Shown: piece after piece, positions 36,656 through 49,587 of the stretch
Position numbering within the stretch: position 1 is the first letter of the stretch
Layout: each line of letters begins with the position of its first letter
Assembly: GCF_006345805.1 (NCBI RefSeq)
Contig: NC_042999.1
Span: forward strand, 163,556,001 to 163,620,000
Reading direction: 5' to 3'
Source: Octopus sinensis
Lineage: Eukaryota
Length of the DNA stretch: 64,000 nt
Notes under the pieces: generated by a model
Database searches by the model: none
Seen by the model: only the letters and a program-made list of their open reading frames with translations
What the model was told of the DNA's origin: nothing
Position numbers and translations under genes: made by a program

Positions 36656-38058
36656 ATATACATACAAACACACACACACATGTACATATACATGTATATA
36701 TATAGAAAATATTAGAATTAATATTAACATCCTTGTAAATATATGCTAACACAATGTTATCAAGGCTATCCAAAATTAGCGAAATTCAAACTGAACATCT
36801 CAAAATATTACCAGTTTGATAAATGCTAACATAAAGATTGTCTAAATTGAAGGTTACACAATCTGTGTCTGCATGTAAAAATTATGCTATTACATTCATT
36901 GAGAAAGTCAGTGGATTGTATAATAAAGACTTCAGCTATCCAAGATCTCACTTGTTGTTACAGCTGGTATATGGTTTAGCATGGATGACGATGGATCACT
37001 TTAAAGTGTAAGAAATTGATTTGTTCTTGAGTTTATGGATAAGCTGAGATAAAGACCTACTGCTGGATTTTGTTTCGGACTTGAAGCTGGAGTAGTGGTT
37101 GCCCACTCTAGCTTTGAAGGTGGGGCTGTAGAAGCTTATATATACATATAGTTATAGTTGACAGCTGCTACTGTGCATTTGTAAACAATGTTTTTAGTAA
37201 GACAGTAATTATCTAGGGCACCTGAAGCTGTATAGGTTCATAGGGGGTCTTTCTGGATGAATTTGTGAAGTGATTGTTATTTAGTGAAGGACCAATGTTA
37301 GATACATTTTAAGTAGTGGCATTAAAAATGGTATTTTTTCGAGGGTTGTGAGAGACGGTGGTGGGGTTGTAAATTACGATACTTTTCATGTCTGGTATTA
37401 TTGTCTACGTTGTTCTTTATTTCTGTATGAGGTATAGTTAGGCCTTGAGGTAAGTTTAAGGATCAGGTGTTAGTAATGGAACTATAGTAGGAAGTTTGAG
37501 GGTTAGTATTGGTAAGTTGGTTTATTGATGTTCTGGATTTATATGTATGGAGCTGAGGTTAGGGTGAGTTATGTTAGGGTTAGGGTGGATATAAGCGAAT
37601 TGTGAGCTTCTGAGTTTCTTCTTGTTAAAATGTCAGATTACTCTGGCATTGTTAGTGGTGATGGAGTAAAAGTTTTATAGATTGGGAGTTAAAGATTTTT
37701 CTAAGGGAGCTGGATTTAGGGAAATGTTTTTCAAGTAAAGCAAAGAGTTTAGGTATTCAGGTCTGATGATTAAGGGCGAAGTGGGGTTGGAACCAGATTT
37801 GTGAGGTTATTAGAGTGAGGATAGAGCTTTGGAGATGCACGCTGGTGTCAATTATATGCATACACACACATGCATACACAAAGATAAATTGACAGATACA
37901 ACTGAGTGGGCAAACAAAAATATGAGACACTGCCTAGTGCTTTTTTTTTATTTTGATAAGCCTGGTACTTATTCTATCAGTTTCTTCTTGTGAAACCAGT
38001 AAATTATGGGGATGTAAATAAACGAACACCAGTTGTGAAGCAGTGATGAGGGAGAAAC

Positions 38059-38158
38059 NNNNNNNNNNNNNNNNNNNNNNNNNNNNNNNNNNNNNNNNNN
38101 NNNNNNNNNNNNNNNNNNNNNNNNNNNNNNNNNNNNNNNNNNNNNNNNNNNNNNNNNN
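38059..38158. other. Assembly gap (100 N)
   Basis: Run of n characters. The true length is unknown, so additional staufen exons here cannot be excluded. Confidence 0.99.
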
Positions 38159-38577
38159 TAAAATAATAAGTGTGAAAAATTGAATATAAATTTAATTAAT
38201 ATGAATTGAAAACCAGTGGTGTAGCATATAAGACCATAGCGGATCTTCTAGCAAAATGGATGTCCACTGTTAATGGTTCATCCCTCTTATATAATAGTTT
38301 CACTTTAATAGTTTCAGTATTAAAGTGGAAACATCTGACATTACCATAGAGAGATGTTTTTGTTTCACTGTTAACACGTAGTACTGAAATAGTGAAGAAG
38401 ATATGATATTGCTGTGGGCTCGCCCTAGGCAGGAAGTCAAAAAAATTTTTGCCCATGACACTACATGGACCCTAAGTAAGACATGTGTAAAATTGGAATG
38501 AAATTGGTTTGTGTAGTTCTCAAGTTTTAGGGATTCACACAGACAGACAGACACATTCTCAGTTTTATATATATAGA
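38159..38577 (-). mobile_element. Helitron-like non-autonomous element, family 2
   Basis: Homologous to 14030-14441. Confidence 0.6.
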
Positions 38578-38742
38578 CAGTTTTATATATAGAGATTAAT
38601 ATAAACAGCTAGGCACAATATTAGACCTTAAAGGAAAAATGTTATCATCACTAATTGTGACTGCGTGTCCTGAAGCACCTATATTTCAAGAATTAAGAGT
38701 TAAAACCACATAACGTATGAAATGAACAATATATATATATAT

Positions 38743-38791
<49 letters not shown>

Positions 38792-39414
38792 ACACACACA
38801 CACCAACACACACACACACAGATATATTTTTTAAATCCTTTGGTAACTGCATTGTACTTCAATTGAACTTTTTGTTGCATCCACTTTAGTGTAGCTAGGT
38901 TTGAATTTACATACTTGTTAATTGCTGTTACTTTCACAAATACTTTTATTCAATTTGCTAAATATCTCTTACTTGCTTCAGTCATTTGACTCTGGGGTTA
39001 ACCAAACAAATCCACCCCAGTAACTCTGATACTTAGTGTATAAGTGTCTTTTGTTGAACCACAACATTACTGAGACTTACATCAGCCAACACCAGTTATC
39101 AAGCTGTGGTGGGGGAAGAAACACAATGCACACACGACACATACACAGATAGGCGCACACACACACACATACAACAGGATTCTTTCGGTTTCTGTCTTCC
39201 ATTTCCATTCACATGGTTATGGTCAACCCAGGGCTGTAGTAGAAGACTAGCCAAGGTGTTGCTCAGTGGAACTGAACCTGGAACCATGTTGCAAAATGAG
39301 TTTTGTAACCACACAGCTTTTTTTCTTTTTGCATTGTTTTAACTTTCTTACAGGTGTTCTATCGTGACAGTATGAACTATAATCATTAATGTATGCATGG
39401 AAATTCATATGAAA

Positions 39415-39500
39415 ATACACACATGGACATACAATACACACATGGACATACAATACACACATGGACATACAATACACACATGGACATACAATACACACAT
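39415..39500. repeat. 19-bp minisatellite (TACACACATGGACATACAA) x ~4.5
   Basis: Exact tandem units read directly. Confidence 0.9.
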
Positions 39501-39657
39501 AATTCACATTTGCAACATTCATTTCGTCTCCTGTTTTTTTTTTTTTGTCATTTCTTTTCAGTGTCTGTGTACATGTATCTTTTATTTACCTCTCTTCCTC
39601 CCTCTCCATTTGCAGGTTAAGTTTTTATTTTATTAGATATTGTTCTTTTATCTTTAG

Positions 39658-39882
39658 GTTACTCGTGAATCTGGTCCACCTCATATGAAAACTTTTGTCA
39701 CCCAGTGTTCTGTTGGTGAGTTTGTTACAGAAGCTGAGGGAAACAGCAAGCAGGTCTCTAAGAAGAGAGCCGCCGAGTCAATGTTGGAAGAACTGAAGAA
39801 TTTGCAACCTCTTCCTCCAACATCAGTACGCCCAAAAGCCAAATCAACCACTAGCAAGAAGAAAAATAGGAACCTCATAAAG
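39658..39882 (+). CDS. stau: staufen exon: dsRBD3 remainder and basic NLS-like patch
   Basis: ctttag|GTT...AAG|gtttgc; [43 protein letters not shown]...KKKNRNLIK. Confidence 0.96.
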
Positions 39883-40319
39883 GTTTGCTATTTGTTTTGA
39901 AAATTTTAAAGTCTCTTCAGGAATGGCATCTAATAGATGAGAATGATATTTTATTGATTTAAACAAAAAAAAGTGTTTATTCTAATGTGATGCTTATTCT
40001 ATGCAAAAATTTAAATTGGAAGAATGTTTTACATTTCAGGGTTAGTAAGATAATTTCTTGTGCAGCCATGAAACATAAGAATTATATGAAAGTGAGAACA
40101 ATGCATAGAGTTTAGATGAACTATAACTAGCTGGGAATTAAAATCATCATGGTCTCTATTCATTAAGAAATAGTTCCCCTGCAAAAGAATGAAAATCTGT
40201 AATAGTTGATGGATTAATTGTTAGGGCTGACCAACTCTCTCGCTGCTTAAAATTCTCTGCTCTTTATGAAAGAAAGGAAATGGGTTAAACATGAATAGCA
40301 TAGGTACAGATGTGGCTAA

Positions 40320-41860
40320 AGGTGTAGGCATGACTATATGGTAAGAAGTTTGCTTCATTCTATGAGTCTCTATTGCCAAACCACTAAGTTACAGGGATAT
40401 AGAAACTCCTTGTTACTTCCAGAAAGGAAGACTGGATTAATGAAAGGATATATATTCCAACTAGGTCACTGGCCTGAGCAGAATCATATGAGCCCATTGC
40501 TACATCAAATGAATTCGTCCTATCTAATCTACTCCATAATCTACCATCAAAATCTACTAGAGTGGCTTGCATATGAAGTATAATATCTATTTCACATCAG
40601 AACAAATCAGAATTTTTCATGCTAAAATTCTTGATTAAGAATGATTGGGTCAATAGTGGCATAATGGCTCTCTATATCTAGTTGCAAGAATTTACTATTC
40701 TTACTAATTTCTAGAAGCTTAAACCATCCAACAACCTCTTGGGTATCAGACCAGAGGACTAATCTAATTTTAGACTTAAGGACAGGTATTACCTATCAAT
40801 GATTTTTTTACTAATAGTGCCTATATTGGATTTAAGATAAATCAATGTAACAGAGGGGTTGATAAGAATGTTAGATTTATGGGTTTTTGAAGGACATAGG
40901 GTTCGGTTCTATCATCTATTGCTAGATCTCTGATGATTTGTAGCCCTGTATTGTTAAATCTTTTTAATACGTCATTACTAGCATGTCTATATTTACTGTG
41001 TCATTCCTTCCTAATCATAGACTTATATAGTTCAATATCAACAATGTAAATGTTACTTGCTTTGTCCACTGGTACAAGTATCCCTGGTGCTTTCTTGAAG
41101 TCAACAAGTAATTTCTGATTTTTTGTTGATGTATATTACACCTTCTAGGGTACTTCCTGAACTTCATGTTCTTAACTATACTCTTTTACTTGTTTCAGTC
41201 ATTTCACTGCGGCCATGCTGGAGCACCGCGTTTAATCGAGCAACTCGACCCTGGGACTTATTCTTCGTAAGCCCAGTACTTATTCTATCGGTCTCTTTTT
41301 GCCGAACCGCTAAGTGACGGGGACATAAACACACCAGCATCGGTTGTCAAGCAATGCTTGGGGGACAAACACAGACACACAAACATACACGCACACACAC
41401 ATACACACATATATATATATATATACATACATACGACAGGCTTCTTTCAGTTTCCGTCTACCAAATCCACTCACAAGGCTTTGGTCGGCCCGAGGCTACA
41501 GTAGAAGACACTTGCCCAAGGTGCCACGCAGTGGGACTGAACCCAGAACCATGTGGTTGGTAAACAAGCTACTTACCACACAGCCACACCTGCGCCTATA
41601 TTATACTATATAATTCTTCTTCAAACTTGGTTGGGTGTTGGTTAGTTCGTGGGTTCCTTCTGGATTTGAATACTTTTCTTAGTAGGTCACCATGTTTAGG
41701 TTTGTTATTTGGTTTAAGCTCCTTGTCGAAAAAGAAAGCTTTCCACCACATTCTCCATACAAATTGGTTGGTTTTCTTCAAAAGATCACATATATAATCC
41801 TTCCTACTGGATGGTATAGGTATGTCCTTTAGTGAAACATCCAGTGTTTTTTTATCAATC
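40320..41860 (-). mobile_element. Decayed Penelope-like element RT region, split by a SINE
   Basis: SFDVAMGSYDSAQASDLVGIYILS (PLE RT motif) and KDIPIPSSRKDY...MWWKAFFF (PLE N-terminal motif). Confidence 0.75.
41177..41597 (-). mobile_element. SINE family A, full length
   Basis: Reverse complement of the 47159 copy. Confidence 0.9.
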
Positions 41861-41862
41861 AT

Positions 41863-41898
<36 letters not shown>

Positions 41899-42764
41899 TA
41901 TCCTTGTTTCAGTCATTTGACTGGGGCCGTGCTGGAGCACCGCCTTTTAGCTGAAGAAATCAGCCACTGGGCTTATTCTTTGTAAGCTTGATACTTATTC
42001 TATCAATTCATTTTGTACATACCTTTGTATATTCAATTGCATTATTTTATATTTTGCATATAAGTTTCTCACCTCATAGTTTTATTGTAAACGTTTTCAC
42101 TACAATTGTGTTATTTCATTCACTTCTCCCACTTGTTCACTGGTGGGAGACTCATATAGTAAGACCTAGAATCAAAATCTCACATTTTCAGTTACCAGCT
42201 TAAATCCACACTTGAATCAGGCAATGTGCCCTGGTTTACCAACCAATCAGCTAGCAGAAAAATCATGCCACACAGTAAAACATTCTTCTCAAATACCTGT
42301 TACACCTTGTATATATTGAGAGAGAGAGAGAGAGAGAGAAATATATGCTTTGGTTTCCTACAAACTACTCTCTTCATTCTCTGTAGAAAAAAATGTTTTC
42401 ATTTATCTGGTTAAAATTATTTTTTTATTTGTCCTCTAAAACTGATAAGATTGATACATTTACTGTTTAGGTGAGTCAGTGTCAGTATAAATGTAGTTGG
42501 GAAGAAATTCTAGTAGAGGATTGATGATCTGGAGAAGATTTGCAGAAAGTATGGATCTGAGATGGAAGTGGAGTGAGAAATTAAGGTTGTCACGTGGTAC
42601 ATTTTTAAAAATTTGTTGTTGTTAAACCTCAGGTCAAGGCTGGTAAGCAAACATAAGTAAGACATTACATATTGTATATGTAATGTGTCCTGTTCTTATA
42701 TAAAACATGTTTATTCAATTGTTATGTTGTCATTCTAATTGTTTCCTCTTGCTCTATATTACAG

Positions 42765-42911
42765 ATGCAGAAGGCAGATCCTAACTATGGTGTTGGCATT
42801 AACCCTATTAGCCGTCTCATTCAAATCAGACAGGCTAACAAAAAGAAAGAACCTATATACTCTCTAATTGCTGAACATGGTCTCCCTTGGCGCAGAGAAT
42901 TTGTCATGCAG
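42765..42911 (+). CDS. stau: staufen exon: dsRBD4 N-half
   Basis: ttacag|ATG...CAG|gttaga; [49 protein letters not shown]. Confidence 0.95.
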
Positions 42912-43292
42912 GTTAGAGCATTTTTTCTCTCCCCACCCCCAAAGTAAAATGGTTGTACACTTAAAATACAGGACCACATCATCAGATCTTAATGCTATTA
43001 TTATGTGTTGTGGTTTCAGAATAAGGCATCTGATTCTGCAAACTTACCAACAAGTACAAAAAGTTTTAGTTTGTGGGAAAGAAGGAAGGATTCTACTCCC
43101 AAACAGGTAAAAGTAGATAGCAGTAATTGTATAGGGATGGCTGTGTGGTTGAGAAGTTTGTTTCTCAACCATGTGGTTTCAAGTTCAGTCCCACTTGTTG
43201 TACTTCGAGCAGGTATAGCTCCAGGCTGACCAAAAACGTCTTGAGTGAATCTGAAAGCTAGAAACTCAAAGAAGCTCATTGTGTGTGTGTGT

Positions 43293-44063
43293 CATCATCA
43301 TCATCATCGTTTAACGTCCGTTCTCCATGCTAGCATGGGTTGGACGGTTCGACTGGGGATCTGGGAAGCCAGAAGGCTGCACCAGGCTCCAGTCTTATCT
43401 GGCAATGTTTCTACAGCTGGATGCCCTTCCTAACGCCAACCACTCCGTGAGTGTAGTGGGTGCTTTTTACGTGCCACCTGCACAGGTGCCAGGTGAGGCT
43501 GGCAACGGCCACGGTCGGATTGGTGCATTTTACGTGCCACCGGCACGGAAGCCAGTCGAGGCGGCACTGGCTTCGGCCACAATTCGGATGGTGCTTTTTA
43601 CGTACCACCAGTCCAGGGGTCCTGGCATCTGCCGGGTGCCAGTCATAGGATTGGTTCAGTTTCAATTCCGATTTCGATTTCACTTGCCCCAACAGGTCTT
43701 CGCAAGCATGGGTGCCTGTCGTCGGATGAGGTTCGATATCGACTTCGCTTGCCTCAACAGGTCTTTGTGTGTCCAAGGGAGGAAAGGCATGCATAAGTGG
43801 GCTGGACTCACTTATCCTGCCTGGTCTTTTCACGCACAGCATATTTCCAAAGGTCTCGGTCGCAGGTCATTTCCTCAGTGAGGCCTAAAGTTCGAAGGTC
43901 ATGCTTCACCACCTCGTCCCAGGTTTTCCTGGGTCTACCTCTTCCACGGGTTCCCTCAACTGCTAGGGATTGGCACTTTTTCACACACCTATCTTCATCC
44001 ATTCTCGCCACATGACCATACCAGCGCAATCGTCTCTCTTGCACACCACAACTGATGCTTCTT
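43293..44063 (-). mobile_element. RTE subfamily B 3' fragment
   Basis: RSISCGVQERRLRWYGH...REKTRQDK plus a variant 3' UTR. It directly follows a SINE A head at about 43125-43285. Confidence 0.88.
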
Positions 44064-45051
44064 GTGTGTAAAATCATTATCATTTAACATCTATTGATTT
44101 GGGCCTTCTTGTTTTGACATAGTGTTATAGTTGTAATTGAGTAGTGTCATTTGTTTTGCATCTTGTGAAAAATGCTTGGTCATGGGAAATTATTGTTTTA
44201 CTGGGAAACAAATGGGGGTTGGCAACAAAAAGCCATAGAAATTCAGTCAAAATGAATACTATCTCATCCATACAAGCAGAGAAAAGTTGACATTAAATTG
44301 ATGATGATTATGTTGATGGAAGTGGTGACACTACACAAGACGTGTAGTGAGATCACAGGCAGACTGACATATCTATACAGATATGCATGAGTATATTTAT
44401 ACATATAAATAATCAGAAGTTTTGATGATGATGATGAAACAATGATAGATGTGTGTGTGTATAATATGCAACATATATCAATATCAATACATATATAGGG
44501 GAGAGTTCACGAAAATATCAAAAGATGAAGACAGGTTGTGTACAAAACAAACAGATCTATTAGTATAACGCTCAGGAATTGAAAAAGTCTTTTACGTTTT
44601 GAGCCTACGCTCTTCTACAGAAAGGGAGACACAAAAAAACAAGGAGAGAGAAAAAATGTATGTAGTGGCTACTGATCTATCATGTGTGTGTGTCATCATC
44701 ATTTGACATCTGTTTTCCAAGCTGGCATGGGTTGAATGGCTTGGCAGGAGCTGGCAATCCAGAGGACCAAGCTCCACTGTCTGCTTTGGCATAGTTTTTA
44801 CAGCTTCATCATCATCATCATTTAACGTCTATGTTCCATGCTAGCATGGGTGGAATTGTACCACAAGAGCCAGCTAAGCCAAAGCCTGCACCAGACTTCT
44901 GTGACTGTTATGGCAGGTCTTCTACAGCTGGATGCCCTTTCCTAACACCAACCACTCAGCAGAATGGATTTAGTGCTTTTTATATGGTACAAGCACTGGC
45001 AAGGTTTTTACAGCTGGATGCCCTTCCGAACCCCAGCCACTTTACAGTGTG

Positions 45052-45408
45052 GACCGCGGACTTGCGGTCGTAGGATCGTGGTTTCGATTCCCAGACCCAG
45101 CATTGTGTGTTTATTGAGCAAAAACACCTAAAAGCTCCACGAGGCTCCGGCAGGGGATGGTGGTGAGCCCCCTGCTGTACTCTTTCACCACAACTTTCTC
45201 TCACTCTTACTTCCTGTTTCTGTTGTACCTGTATTTCAAAGGGCCGGCCTTGTCACTCTCTGAGTCACGCTGAATATCCCCGAGAACTACGTTAAGGGTA
45301 CACGTGTCTGTGGAGTGCTCAGCCACTTACACGTTAATCTCATGAGCAGGCTGTTCCGTTGATCGGATCAACCGGAACCCTCGTCGTTGTAACTGACGGA
45401 GTTCTTCC
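45052..45408 (+). mobile_element. SINE family B, 5'-truncated
   Basis: Matches 57679-58067 from GCGGAC onward; preceded by RTE tail scraps (44695-45040). Confidence 0.85.
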
Positions 45409-45699
45409 AGGGATGAGAATATAAATTAGTTGAGCATTGCTAAAGGTGCATGTGTAGTGAGTCCATATGACTACCAAGAAGTTGGGAAGGAGGAGAATGC
45501 ATCACTTGGTAAAACTTGGGTATATTTAGGGATGGACAACAAGATAGCAATGATACAGTGGGAAAGGCAGTGAGCACTGGATTGGACTGCAGAAGTGGGG
45601 CAAGAGAGATAAGCATATTGCATGAAAAGAGAAGAAATGTGAGAAAGAGATGTAATTTGGTTTATTGAAGTAGGGTGTGTGAAAAACATTTGTTACATG

Positions 45700-46480
45700 T
45701 GAGTGGAAAACTGCGCTTCCTGAACTCAGTTTCACTGAGGTGGGTGGGTTTTCTCAAGAGCCTCATATTTCCAGACATCTTGGTCCATTGTCATCACCTC
45801 CATGGGGCCCAGCATCTTGAGGTTAGTCCTTGCTACTTCATCCCATGTCTTCCTTGGTCTCCCTCTTCCACACTTGCCATCTATTTTAAGCGGTTGGCAT
45901 TTTTTGATACAGCCTTCTTCATTCTTACTCATCTCATGTCCAAACCAGTGGAGTCTTCTATTTTGTATGCTGCATCTGATTCCTCTTATGCCCAATAATT
46001 CTCTCAGCCCATACACACTTATTCATACATGCACACTAATGTTGCATATCCATCAGAGTATATTAGCTTCATTCCTCTCTCGTCTATTCATGTTTTCTGC
46101 ATTCAGAGCCCATGTCTCATTACCATGGAGTATAGGCATTCATACACAAGCATCATACAATCTGCTTTTCACTCTAAGAGAGAATCCTTTTGTTGCCAGC
46201 AAAGGTAATATCTCTGAACTTCCTCTACTCTATTCTAATTCTGCTAACAATAATTTCTGAACATCTTCTGCCCACTGCTAATTTGGTCACCTAGGGAACA
46301 AACTATCTACAACCTCAAGAGCCTCCTGTGTATTTGGGAGAGTCTAATTCCCACATGTTCTTAGTGCTTATTGTTTCTGTGCATCTGCCACATACAAAGA
46401 TGGCTTTCTCTGCTAACCTACATGACATTCCACTACAGTTATGTGTCCATAGCTTGCACTAAGTGCAACAAACAGAATTT
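45700..46480 (-). mobile_element. Old RTE LINE fragment
   Basis: GIRCSIQNRRLHWFGH...GRGRPRKTWDEV plus upstream degenerate RT thumb. Confidence 0.75.
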
Positions 46481-46676
46481 CTTCCAACATGTTTCTTACT
46501 AACATCAACTTTGCACTGAAATTCTCATTTGAATATGACTTGGTTATTTTGGCTGTTTTGGTATCATTTGACATTGAAATTCTCAGCCAAATTCAGGTGG
46601 TTTGGTAGCAAAAGAGTTAAGCATTTCAATGGTCCAGAAACTTCCCCTGTCTTTGTATCCTTAACTGCCTTATTAT

Positions 46677-47700
46677 TGTGGTGAAAGCCCTGTGGGATAG
46701 CAAGTCAACAGTCCTAAACTATATAGAGGAGCATGTGCACTGTCAGTGAGGGACATTGTGGTGTGTGCAGGTGCTTTGTGAAGACAGTCGTTGAGAAGAG
46801 ATATTGTTTGTTACAGGTTATTTCTGCTTTATATTTGTATTGTTATAACCTTGTTATAAGTCCACGTTATAAAGTGGCATATTCAGTGATTTCAAAGGAC
46901 ATAAGTGTTAATAAGACACAATAGTGGCGATGAGACATTCAAAGTTCACAGTCGATGTTCTTAGAATGGAAGACTTATTAGCTTCTATGGCTCAGTTGCA
47001 ATGGCAACTACAACAACAACAACAGCAACAGTTGCAAAAGCAACTACAGCAGCAACAACAAGAACAGGTACAACAGCAAAATCAATGGTTGTTGGAATTA
47101 TTGTTACAGTCAAAAAATACTTCAGGTTCATTTTCGGCAGAATTTACATATAATCCAGGTGCAGGAGTGGCTGTGTGGTAAGTAGCTTGCTAACCAACCA
47201 CATGGTTCCGGGTTCAGTCCCACTGCGTGGCATCTTGGGCAAATGTCTTCTGCTATAGCCCCGGGCCGACCAATGCCTTGTGAGTGGATTTGGTAGACGG
47301 AAACTGAAAGAAGCCTGTCGTATATATGTATATATATATGTATGTATGTATGCATGTGTGTTTGTGTATCTGTGTTTGTCCCCCTAGCATTGCTTGACAA
47401 CCGATGCTGGTGTGTTTACGTCCCCGTCACTTAGCGGTTCGGCAAATGAGACCGATAGAATAAGTACTGGGCTTACAAAGAATAAGTCCCGGGGTCGATT
47501 TGCTCGACTAAAGGCGGTGCTCCAGCATGGCCGCAGTCAAATGACTGAAACAAGTAAAAGAGTAATCCAGAAGAAGGGATTATGTTTTCTGCATACTTCA
47601 GAAGGTATGAAGGAATTTTCAAAGAAGAGTGTAAAAGCTGGGCAGGTGAAAAGAAGGTGTGTCTTTTAAGGAAATTATCACCAGCAGAACATGTATGGTC
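46677..47700 (+). mobile_element. Ty3/Gypsy remnant: LTR, PBS and start of poly-Gln gag, split by a SINE
   Basis: Candidate LTR TGT(46677)...ACA(46920) and PBS TGGCGATGAG (46925-46934). Removing the SINE and TSD gives MEDLLASMAQLQ..Qn..EFTYNPEEGIMFSAYFRRYEGIF...KKVCLLRKL, a gypsy gag N-terminal pattern. Confidence 0.75.
47159..47562 (+). mobile_element. SINE family A, full length
   Basis: 8-bp TSD taatccag (47151-47158 / 47563-47570). Confidence 0.93.
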
Positions 47701-48305
47701 ATGTGATGCATATGGACAATGACAGCTGTGTAAAGAAGTACTGATCTCTAACTGTGGATGGAACCTGTGGTAGAGGTAGATCCAGGAAGACATGGGACGA
47801 GGTGGTTAAGCATATTTGATCTTTGGGCCTCACAGAGGCAATGACTAGTGACCGAGATCTTTGGTGATACACTGTGCTTGAGAAGACCCGTCAAGCGAAG
47901 AGAAATTGTAGTCAAGGCTGATGCTAGTGTCGCATAACTGGCCCCCACGCCAGTGGCATGTAGAGAGTATCATACGAGCATTGGGCCTCATGGAGGCAAA
48001 GTGGCTGAGTTCCTTTCAAATGTTGGGCCTCACAGAAGCAATGATTGAGACATTTGGCATTATGTCATGCTTGAGAAGACAACCCATCAAGCCGAGCAAA
48101 ATGGCAGTCATGGCAGATACCAGTGTCACACAAATAGCCCCCATGCCAGTGGTACATATAAGCACCCATTACACTATCAAAGTGGTTGGCATTAGGAAGG
48201 GCATCCAGCCGTAGAAAAACATGCCAAATCAGTCTGGAGTCTGGTGTAGGCTTCCGGTTCCCAGCCCTGGTCAAAGCGTTCAACCCATGTTAAATGATGA
48301 TGATA
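47695..48305 (+). mobile_element. Fragmented old RTE 3' end
   Basis: GGTAGAGGTAGATCCAGGAAGACATGGGACGAG and tail motifs. Confidence 0.7.
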
Positions 48306-48355
48306 GATGTGTGTGTGTGTGTGTATAAATATATGCAATGTAATACTATTATGTA

Positions 48356-49485
48356 CAGAGGGATAGGGATAATATTTATCGGTATAATACTCTCTTTGAA
48401 CAAGTTGAAAGGTTTTTATTTCTTTCAGATCTAGGCAGGTAAAATGTTCGTACAAGAAATGAAAAGACATGCAGTCATTGTTGCCACATGTGCAGAACAC
48501 AGTAATTTAGAAATTGCTATGTTTCTAAATGTTGCAATTCAGATTGAATTGTAACCCTTTGATGGGAATATTTCAGCTGAATCAAAGTGATAAAACGACA
48601 TTCTAAATGTTCAAACATTGTAATTTATCCTGTGAGTTCAAAACATTATTGATGATGCCCCTGAAAGAACTTCACATTCAGAGTGGACTATCAGAACTGT
48701 ATTGTATGAGGACGTTCATATAAGTCATATGTACTAAAAGAAAGGCCAATTCATTTCTGGAAAGACATAGGTAAACCATTTCCTGCATCAAATTGTTACT
48801 TAACTAGGTTAAAAACCTTTTCAGACATAGCATAATAACTTCAACCAAGACCAGAATTCTAACAGAAGAAAGGACATGGTTAGGTGTACATCTTTCTGAT
48901 GTCTCCAGAGTGATGCATACTAACTGCAATTGTTTTAGGAGTGGTGAGTAAAGGAGGTCATGTCATGTCACCTTACATCTTTCCACAGGGTCTTAGAATT
49001 AATGCAGCTGGATACATTGAGGTGCTGGAGACTTGTGTATCCCTGGATCAATGGAAGTCCATACATATTTCAACAAGACATAGCACTTCACAAAGCCCAC
49101 AAAATCCAAGAATTGATCTCAAACAATCTTTACGATCACATGCCATTAAACTTGTGACTTCCAAACTCACCAGATTTAAATCCTATGGACTACTATGTTT
49201 AGAACATTGTTGAAAGGGAGATTAAGAGATGTCTTCACAATATCATACTTCACTGGAGACCATTATTGTCCAGATGATATCCAAAATGTATAAGGACTAT
49301 TTGATGCAGGCATGTCATGGATTTCGGTCCTGCATTGAAGCAGAAAGCAGATTCATAGAATAATCTTTCTTATCAGAAGGCTTATTGAGGACATGCATAC
49401 AAATTTATATTAAAATTCTTTTTGCTTTTGAAAACTTGAAGTTGTTTTATTAAATTACCAAATATATCCTGAAATACCCCTTTCA
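48356..49485 (+). mobile_element. Decayed IS630-Tc1-mariner transposon (possibly DD37D/maT-like)
   Basis: VSKGGHVMSPYIFPQGLRINAAGYIEVL, FQQD and PDLNPMDY-like segments; degenerate TIRs. The subfamily is uncertain. Confidence 0.7.
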
Positions 49486-49587
49486 CTTCGGACATACACA
49501 TACATGCACACCTGCACTTGTACATGTAACAAGTGCAGGTGTTCTTTGTCAAAATGTTTATAGATTGCTAGATAGTCAAATTTTTTA

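Noticed and set aside
36700-37850. Long T/G-skewed stretch that may be another Penelope-like remnant
   Set aside because: No motif could be read confidently; left unannotated.
46924-47181. Poly-Gln ORF as a host transcription-factor exon
   Set aside because: It follows an LTR/PBS and continues as gypsy gag after removing the SINE.
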